Shown here one piece after another: positions 27,862 to 37,393 of a stretch of 64,000 bases of DNA. The stretch is from Pristiophorus japonicus (lineage: Eukaryota). Position numbers and translations under genes: made by a program. The stretch covers positions 17,856,001-17,920,000 of the forward strand of contig NC_091993.1 in NCBI RefSeq assembly GCF_044704955.1, given 5' to 3'. The notes below the pieces were generated by a model. The model was not told the DNA's origin, searched no databases, and saw only the letters and a list, made by a program, of their open reading frames with translations. Within the stretch, counting starts at the first letter, position 1; each line of letters opens with the position of its first letter.

Positions 27862-30800
27862 GTAAGTTGACTCCATCTTCTCACCTGTGCCCTTTTTTTT
27901 TTGGTTTTTCTTTCTTTCTTTGAAACTGAAAACAGTTCAATTGTTAACTGAATTGTGTATCCAGCCACACGGAGAGTCCTTGGTGGTCTAAAAATGGACA
28001 CAGGTGATCATAAGACGAAATCTGTAATTTGTTTCCAATTGAGGTTTCCCTTTCAGAAGGACAAGAATAAAAATAAAGTGCATTTGAAAAGATGTCTGTG
28101 TTCATTAAATAGCAAATTGTACTGAATACAGAACATGTTTAACAAATTTCTGAAACTTAATTGAAAACTAATTTTGGAAAGAGAGCATGTATTGAAATTC
28201 ATCACTAATTTCCACAAGTCCATAATTTTCTGCAAGTCTCGAAAGCTGCCTGGTCCTTATTTTTATAGGAGTCTTTCCCATTTGCCACCTTCTACCTCGC
28301 CTAAAGCAGCGATTGCATTTATGATTTACAACTTTTTTTGTAATTCTGAGAGTCATTGAAAGCTTGCTTTGAGAACGGCTTGCTCTTGCTTGTTTCATGA
28401 TATCTGAGGCATACACGATGCTGGTGAAAAGCACTGTGGTAATTTTCTCCCAGATTGTTCTGTCTGGTAAATGCCGTCCACAATTTTTATGCTAGCGAAA
28501 TAAAGTTTCATAATTGATTCAACGCATAAAGTTGAATCTCCACGTTGGTAGATTATAAAAATTTACATGAAGTATAATCTGTACACTAGCCTTTACAGAA
28601 CATAACTTTTGAAAAGGTGGAAATTGACAATTTTTAGCTTTCTGGTATGCAACATCTGGGAGAAGTGATATTAACATTCATTCCTTCCTTATGTTAAGCC
28701 ATTGTTTTGTTCGCCATTGAAAAATGTCTTTGACTCCACAGATCTGCAGTGCAGTACTGCTATTGTGCGTTGTGTTGGTGTATGTGTGCGTGCCCACATG
28801 ATGAGAAAACTAATGCCATATCGCGTTGTACTTTTTTCCCATGAAAATAACAGCTGTATCTTTTGAAACTGGACAGTCCTTAAGAATTTAAGAATGTTGG
28901 AATGAGAAAAGGTCATTCTGTCCATCCAACTCACCCCCATTATTCGGGATCTGATCTGACTCTTTTTCTTCAAGCCTCTGTCGTTCCACTCTTTGAATCA
29001 GAAATTCATGCAGTTCCATTTTGAATGCTTCAGTCTGCCGATGTCAGTTACAGTAATGTCCCATGGTGGCTCCATTGCAAACAGCTGGCGTGCAACTTGA
29101 AGCAGATTTAGAGCTGCTGTGGAGGCACCCTATCCAGAAGCTACTCGAGGCTGGCAAATCTGCATTCTCCGCCTACAGCATTGTTTCATTGGGCTCAGCC
29201 ACACTTAGCCTTGTTGGAAGTCACATTTGCCCTGCTGTTTGCGATGGAGACAATTGGGGATGCTCTTTTATTTGCTATCACCTGAGTTGGGAGGGATTCT
29301 TGACTCTGACGTTTCTTTCCTGGCAATAAGATTAATGGCTTTTTAAAAGAAGTCAAACAAAATTTATGATTAATATTACTTACATTTATGTAAGTTGGTG
29401 TCTTGGAACAGAATGGTGACTGTATTCCAAATAAATATTCCTGATGCTTTATTAAAAATTCTCAGAGGCAACATTATATTTTCTGCATCTACTAATGTAT
29501 CTGAACATATTTTTCTTGTAACTGCCATCATACATTATGATGATTCTTTGTGTTTGGCTGATTATTGCATCTAAATTTCTTAATAACTCACCTTATTTAA
29601 TAATGAACCTTTCAGTTTGTAATTCTGTTGCTGCTTTTAGTACCAATGTGCACTGACCTACATTTCTGTATGAGTTGATAAGTCTCTGCATTTTACCTCC
29701 TCTTAACATTGCACCTTCCTACAGAAATTGCTATCATAGGCAAATTTAGACATCTTACTTTTAATATCGTCATCAAAATCATTTATAAATGTTGCAGGCG
29801 GTAGTGATTCTCGGACTGGACCCTCGAGCGTGGGTTTTCAATCTGGGCAGCAAATGGGGGAGGGGAAGCAAAAATGAATGCAAGAACTCTGTTCAAGTTT
29901 CAGATTCAAGCAACACACCATGGGTTAATTGAAGGGAGGTGGTCCTCACCGCTATATGTAGTCCAAGCTGGTCTCCTCTCTGGCATTGCAGCTTCTAATG
30001 GTCCTGAAGTGCTGCCTACTAGCATTCGTAATTGGCCAGAGAATGAACAAACTTGTAACCATCCCGAGTAATTAACTTTTACGGTGATCTTAGTAGAAAT
30101 GCCCTACACTCAACCATGACTTTGCAGACATTTACTGCCAAGATTTGGAAGTGAGTAACTTTGAAACCATTAAAACAGAAGGAAAATGATCAAGAGGAAA
30201 ATGATCCCTTTGGCAACATATAATAGTGCATCTGCTTATGAGTCAATTTTCACTCAGTTTTTTGGTGCATTGACCAAACTTGGTTATCTAACCTAAGATG
30301 TACCATTCTCCTAACTGCCAACTTCAAGCGTGGTACATTTATTTGCTCCTGCCTGGCTAGAACTTTAACTGTCCTGAGCAGGAGAGAGCTCGGCTCTTGC
30401 TTGGATACACTCGTGTGAAGAGCCCTCCCCCAGCAGTTATAAATTTAAATGCTTGCAGTGCAGGGAGGGCCATATCGACAAATGTTGTAGATTGTGCACT
30501 GAGTACATAATAAACCAGGTTTGACACTGGACTTTGGTGTCAAAGTGAAGCCGTGTTGGGCTGCTGCCTCCAGGGATCAGGTTGAGCCTGATTCTGGATT
30601 TACACTGAAAGTTTAGCTTAATGTTTGAGTCAGATGGGCCCTGATATCACTAAACCAGTGTAACTCTCCAACTAGTTGTCCAGCTAGATGTGATGTCTAC
30701 TTGGATCTAGCATTGACCTTTTTTTTTCAATATCAAAGACAAATGGTAGCTATAAGCTCTCTACAAAGTCATGACTACAACAGAACCACATAGTTGCTGG

Positions 30801-33800
30801 CACTTCAACCTCCATGTTTTATGCCAGTAGCACAAAAGTAGCAGCAACTTTCTATGTCAGTTCAAAAAACAAAAGTCTGCACATCATATCAGCAAAGCTT
30901 CTCGCACCGCTCCTACCTGTAAAACCTTCTCCCAGATAGCATTGCCACCCTGAGCTCCTCCCTTTAGCCACAGAAGGCCAAATGTAAAGTTGACCATTCG
31001 TTGCTAAATCAGGAATCCCGCAAGCAGCCTCTGGGAAATCTGACACTCCGTGCAACTTCTCCAGTCTTTCCTTCTGTCAGTAACTGCCAGGAACAAATTA
31101 GTCAGTTCTGTTCACTTGAAGGTTGTGACTGTCTGTGGCCAAAATATATATAGTATAAGCACCTGATGTGTTTTAAATAAGTGATTTTATCATGCACATT
31201 AATTTGGTCAAAATATTTTCTTTTCTTCTATATTTTGCAGAATATTTAGTATAAAAGTTCAAGTATATTGTTATGACTAAAAAAATTAAATAGTTTAGGC
31301 ACTCATGCATCTAATTTATATACATTTTTGAGAGCAGAGATGACGCGTGTCTTCAAGTGGGTTTATAGTAATGGGTTGAAATCTGAGGCCAATGTGCTTA
31401 AGGATAATGGGTGCAATCTGAAACAGCTATATTCTTCTTTGTCTTACACTATCCATCTTGTTCCGTTTGATTTTTTTTTTAGTATTGTTGGTTTCTAACT
31501 TTGGTTTGTATATCATTCTTAACCCAAGATTTAATCAATGCATTTGATATCTGAGTCCATTTGAAATATGAGATGAAGTCTATTTAAAGGTTATGGCACT
31601 TAAATGGGCATACTGGTTGGTTGACCGAGTTAGTAATTCATTTACTGGTGGGAGCGCAAATACCTGTAATTTTGCATGGATAAGTTTATTTATAATAGAC
31701 CTTTCAATCGAGTCACTGCTGCGCAGACAATTGTTCAACTTATTTGATGAGCATGTGTAGTCCTTGTGCTGTTTGCACAGCTATAACAGCTAACTCTCTC
31801 CTCTCCCTTTTAAAAACCATCACAACCCAATCTTTTGGATCATGCTTTTAGTCATCTTTCTGAACTTCTTTATTACTGCTTGTCATCTCTATGAAGCACC
31901 TTGGGATATTTTCTCCGTTAAAGACATTGTATAAATGCAAGTTGTTTGTGATTAGCATTTAGATACTAAAATAGTTGTTTGTATATATAGTTAATAAAAC
32001 AGTAACATTTATAGCGTAAACACTGGAACAAAATCACTAAATAGCTCTACAATTAGTCATTCAACATTGGAAGTGTCTAAGAAGGTATCCCATCTCTCTG
32101 GGCTTTGGGACTTGTTCTGCTTCTGTTCCATAATTGGAAATTTCACTTGGGCCTTAGTTGTTGAGAATTACCAGTCTGTTAACAAATTCTGTATCTGTAA
32201 GAGATAAATTGTGAAAGTTGCAGCTCTTACTCTGCTGTGGTGGATCGACAATACCTAGAGTGTACCATGATAACCTGTGTCACATGGAAAAGGATCCTTC
32301 ATTTAGGCTGGGGAGTTTCAGATCTTGTGCACAAATTGTGAAAGAAAGATGTGATACGGGAGTTTGGTTCTTGCTCTGCTCCTGTGGAATAGGATAGCCA
32401 GAGAACATCCTGCAAACCAGTGTCAAGTGACAATTGTGTAGAAAAATTACTTGCAAGTAATGGGGGTAATTCAAATTTATTTTTGGTGTTTTATACAGTT
32501 TTAAGCCATTAATTAAAAATTCTGAGCTACCAGTATTGTTTGAATGTGGTTCTGTTATCTGTGTCACCAAGAGGTGCTGATATTTTTGTTAGGGCTAAGT
32601 TCAGACACTGTGGCCTGAGTTGGTTAGTCACAGTGATTTACAGCAGACCATGGCAAGTGACCACCTGTTAAAGGTGATGGTCATTGGAGACTTTCTGGTG
32701 CAACTTTACACCAGCAACCATTTCAACCTGTGCTGCAATCCACAATGGGAAGGAATAAAGGATCTCATTGTGTAAATAACTGAGAAAAAGATGGAAGGTT
32801 TTGGGGATGGGCTTGCATCTGAGCCAAATACTGAAGAAACCTCACAGTAAGTAAACTAAGAAAAAAAAATCTAATCTTAAGTAACAGCATAAGAGATTTG
32901 GGGAAGGAAGAACAAAGTTACTTGCATCTTAACCAAGTTTTGCAAAGTGCTAGGTAATTAGTACTACCAGTATATTTGTGAAGCCCTGTATCTTTCCGTA
33001 TCAATAAATGTCGAATATTTTTACCTTGCATCTGCCCTCATTTGGCATCCATACGAGCACATTTCCAGAAGGGGAGCTAAATAGCAATCAAAGAAAGGGA
33101 CCCTGGCTAATTTTCCTAACTATCCCCGGGGGTCACTGAGGCCACTTGTTGTGCCCCTGATTGTTGCTCTGTTAATTGTTAATGCCACAAAGATCAGGGA
33201 ACAAGTCTGGTGCCTGCCTGGTCAGTATGGCTCAGCTACGTACTGGTGTGGGGTGGTAAGTTCATCGAAGTGTCGGAGAGCCTTGAACCATTTCTAAATG
33301 TGTTTTGCACCCAAAGCTGGTCATAAGCCAACTCCCTGTCCTAGAAAAGGATAATGATGAAATTAGGGAAAGGAAAAGGCATGAATTTGGGGGAAAGAAT
33401 TCTTCTCTTAATGTAGTCGCAGAGATGCTGACAGATTATTTAAGTAATGTTGGATCAGGATTACAAAGTTTATGCCGTTTTAGATTTCTTTAACCTTAGT
33501 TCCAGCTACCTTTTTATCTCATGAACTGAAAGTACGTTTACTGTCAGAGTAGAATAAAATTCTCAGCAGTGGATTAGCATGTGTTTCATTTCAGTGAATG
33601 TATTTTATTCAGACAGGGCTTTACTGTGCCTGTGTTATACCTGACCTTGAGTGTGCTTGATACTGATACTAGGTGACCAATTGGAAAATCTTTCATTCCC
33701 CATCACTGAAATCTCTTATGTCGATTAATCTTCTCCCAATTTCCCACTCCCCACTCCCATTAAATATTGTTGCTTTTTCTTTCCTCATTGTGTTTTTCAA

Positions 33801-33861
33801 CCAAATCATTAGAAAAGGTTTTTTAAGTATGTATTCTAAGTGAGGCAGTTTGAAAGAGCTA

Positions 33862-34467
33862 GTGCTGGGTTTTCAGCTCGCTGTTGCCTCTGTTTGCAGC
33901 CCAGAGGGGCGGCAATGGCAGCAGAAGCTCTTCCGGGCGGGCGGCCAGCTTCCAATACCGGTTTCGGCGGGGCGCTGAGCATTACCGCCCAGAAGAGGCG
34001 AGCCGGCGTGCAACACCCCTGGTTGCGACACCGGCTCAATGTTTGGTTACTGCCCGATCAGTAGTACTCCATAGAGCGCCCTGCTGGGACTGCCTATGAA
34101 AGCGGGCAGTCCGAGCTGTAGTGAGTGCACTGAGGTAAGTAATGTCGACCTCAGGTAAGTGTGATTGTTTTTTTTTAAAGTTATTTGCGATTTATATTGT
34201 GGCGTGAGTTATTTATTGGGAATATTTTTTTTCAGGTTTATTTTTCTCTCCCCGTGCGCCTCTTAGAGCGCTCCAAGGTCGGCTGTTTCGCTCGGGATTT
34301 TCGCTTTCTCAACCAGCCTAGCGCCCTAAGAGAGGTGTGTAACGCCTCCCTTAGCGCTCTGCCCTTCAATCAGGGCCCAGCTGCCGAATTTTGCTGACTT
34401 GAGGCACAAACTATTCCCGGGTGGAAACTTTACCGCCCCAAATTGAGCAGAACTGAAAATCCAGTTC
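33862..34467. mobile_element. MITE-like element
   Basis: GTGCTGGGTTTTCAGCTC ... GAACTGAAAATCCAGTTC; flanks CTA/GTA; CpG-rich interior. Confidence 0.65.
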
Positions 34468-34825
34468 GTAATGCGTTTGAAAGTTATATAGATGTGGGAT
34501 TCAAATTTATGTAACATTGAAAGCACTAGTTTTATATTACAGTTTTAAAATCACTGTCTGGTATCTTTCTTTATAATCTGTCCTGTTTCATTTTATATAG
34601 CTTTTAAAAAAAAATTGTGCTAGCACAGGTATTTAGGGCTCATGTTAGCCAATTATTTAAATCTCTCGCTTAATCTGATTTTCACATTTGATGCAATTGC
34701 TACAACGTTATTAGAAAAATCAGCAATTGCAAAATACATTTTATAAGTATGTTGCCACAATACCAATTTGTATAAGATCTTTGGAAGTATTTGTAAAATA
34801 TTGAGATTTTGTTATTCTTATGTGA

Positions 34826-35041
<216 letters not shown>

Positions 35042-35730
35042 TAAGTCTTCCTGGTGCTGTGGCAATCTTTTCATGGTCGCACACTGCAATAGTCTGGTTT
35101 TAGTTTAGCATATGTTGTCAAAATTGTACAACATTTCAGTTCTTTAAGACCAAGCGAATACTCAGAATAACAAGAGGGAAGGAAATTTTGCTGAAATATT
35201 GGTTCTACGTGTGACCAATCTGGCATCACTGGCTGTTCTTATAGATGGATGGTTGTACGTTCAGACTATTTTGGCATATTGGCTTTTAAACACCATGCAC
35301 TGACTCCCCCTGGTGAATCAAAGCAAACTGTTGAAAATAATTGCCGTTATTTATCAATAAGTAATTTCAAGTGGTTAGAAGACTGGCCCTGAATTTGCGG
35401 TCGGCATGACGGCGTACTCTGAGTATGTCTTCATACTGCCTTTGAAATTGACCGCAAGTTTGGGATTTAAGCGCATGCGCTAAATCCTGAACTTACGATC
35501 TGTCAAACTCCAAATAGAAAGATGATCCGCTGCGACTTTCAAATCCTTATTGCTGCCGAAAAGTTGGGCTAATTGCCCACCAACTGCGCATCAATTATGC
35601 TGGAAAGTTTTACGACCACTACAAACAGGCACAGGAGCCTGTCTGCACAGCGTAAGGGGAGGGGGGGGATGAGAAAATTGTGCAATAATTTAAACTGAAC
35701 ACATAAAACAACCTACCAGGCAGCTGTAAA

Positions 35731-36186
35731 AGCTTCGGCGGCAGTCGGGAGCAGCGTCGAGGAGGTGCATGGAGAGGCCTATAAAAGGCACAGCAGGTCC
35801 GGGGCCCAGCGTCGGCGGCAGTCGGGAGCAGCGTCGAGGAGGTGCATGGAGAGGCCTATAAAAGGCACAGCAGGGAGTCCGGGGCCCAGCGTCGGCGGCA
35901 GTCGGGAGCAGCGTCGAGGAGGTGCGTGGAGAGGCCTATAAAAGGCACAGCAGGGAGTCCGGGGCCCAGCGTCGGCGGCAGTCGGGAGCAGCGTCGAGGA
36001 GGTGCGTGGAGAGGCCTATAAAAGGCACAGCAGGGAGTCCGGGGCCCAGCGTCGGCGGCAGTCGGGAGCAGCGTCGAGGAGGTGCGTGGAGAGGCCTATA
36101 AAAGGCACAGCAGGGAGTCCGGGGCCCAGCGTCGGCGGCAGTCGGGAGCAGCGTCGAGGAGGTGCGTGGAGAGGCCTATAAAAGGC
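35731..36186 (+). repeat. 80-bp tandem monomer array (~5.7 copies), one TATAAAAG per unit
   Basis: CGGCGGCAG at 35736, 35813, 35893, 35973, 36053 and 36133. TATA at 35780, 35857, 35937, 36017, 36097 and 36177. The first unit lacks 3 nt. Confidence 0.97.
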
Positions 36187-36368
36187 GTACTTGTGCAGCT
36201 ACAGGGAGAAGGCAAAAAAGAAGTAGAAAGAAATCAAAAGGCGACGTCACAGCCAAGAGGGTAAGTGATTGGCTGGTGATTGGTGAGTAGTTTTTCTTTT
36301 TTCTCCTATGTCAGTGAGTAACTTTTAATATTGTTGTTGCCAATTTAAGTGTATATAAGGGTTAAGTC

Positions 36369-37316
36369 ATGGCAGGAGAGCTCGGTCGGGTGTTATGCTC
36401 CTCCTGTACCATGTGGGAACTCAGGGACACTTCCGGTGTCCCTGACGATTACGTGTGCGGGAAGTGTATCCGCCTCCAGCTCCTGACAGACCGCGTTGCG
36501 GAGTTGGAGTTGAGGGTGGATTCACTCTGGAGCATCCACGATGCTGAGAATGACGTGAGTATCACGTGTAGCGAGTTGGTCGTACCACAGGGAAAGGGTC
36601 CACAGCCAGATAGGGAATGGAAGACCAACAGGAAGAGCAGTGCAAGGAAGGTAGTGCAGGAGTCCCCTGTCGTCATCCCCCTGCAAAACAGATACACTGC
36701 TTTGGGTACTGTTGAGGGGGATGACTCATCAGGGGAGGGCAGCAGCAGCCAAGTTCATGGCACCGTGGCTGGCTCTGCTGCACAGGAGGGCAGGAAAAAG
36801 AGTGGGAGAGCAATAGTGATTGGGGATTCAATGGTGAGGGGAATAGATAGGCGTTTCTGCGGCCGCAACCGAGACTCCAGGATGGTATGTTGCCTCCCTG
36901 GTGCAAGGGTCAAGGATGTCTCGGAGCGGGTGCAGGACATTCTAAAAAGGGAGGGAGAACAGCCAGTTGTCGTGGTGCACATTGGTACCAACGACATAGG
37001 TAAAAAGAGGGATGAGGTCCTACGAAACGAATTTAAGGAGCTAGGAGCTAAATTAAAAAGTAGGACCTCAAAAGTAGTAATCTCGGGATTGCTACCAGTG
37101 CCACGTGATAGTCAGAGTAGGAATCGCAGGATAGCGCAGATGAATACGTGGCTTGAGCAGTGGTGCAACAGGGAGGGATTCAAATTCCTGGGGCATTGGA
37201 ACCAGTTCTGGGGGAGGTGGGACCAGTACAAACCGGACGGTCTGCACCTTGGCAGGACCGGAACCAATGTCCTAGGGGGAGTGTTTGCTAGTGCTGTTGG
37301 GGAGGATTTAAACTGA
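36369..37316 (+). CDS. CR1 ORF1p (zinc finger/leucine zipper plus SGNH esterase-like domain)
   Basis: CSSC...CGKC, LTDRVAELELRVDSL, GDSM, HIGTND and DGLH motifs; 315 aa. Confidence 0.93.
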   Translation: MAGELGRVLCSSCTMWELRDTSGVPDDYVCGKCIRLQLLTDRVAELELRVDSLWSIHDAENDVSITCSELVVPQGKGPQPDREWKTNRKSSARKVVQESPVVIPLQNRYTALGTVEGDDSSGEGSSSQVHGTVAGSAAQEGRKKSGRAIVIGDSMVRGIDRRFCGRNRDSRMVCCLPGARVKDVSERVQDILKREGEQPVVVVHIGTNDIGKKRDEVLRNEFKELGAKLKSRTSKVVISGLLPVPRDSQSRNRRIAQMNTWLEQWCNREGFKFLGHWNQFWGRWDQYKPDGLHLGRTGTNVLGGVFASAVGEDLN

Positions 37317-37393
37317 TATGGCAGGGGGATGGGAACCAATGCAGGGAGACAGAGGGAAACAAAAAGGAGGCAAAAGCAAAAGACAGAAAGGAG

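Noticed and set aside
35731-36186. Array as a CRISPR locus
   Set aside because: Head-to-tail near-identical units with no unique spacers, no cas genes, and a eukaryotic context.
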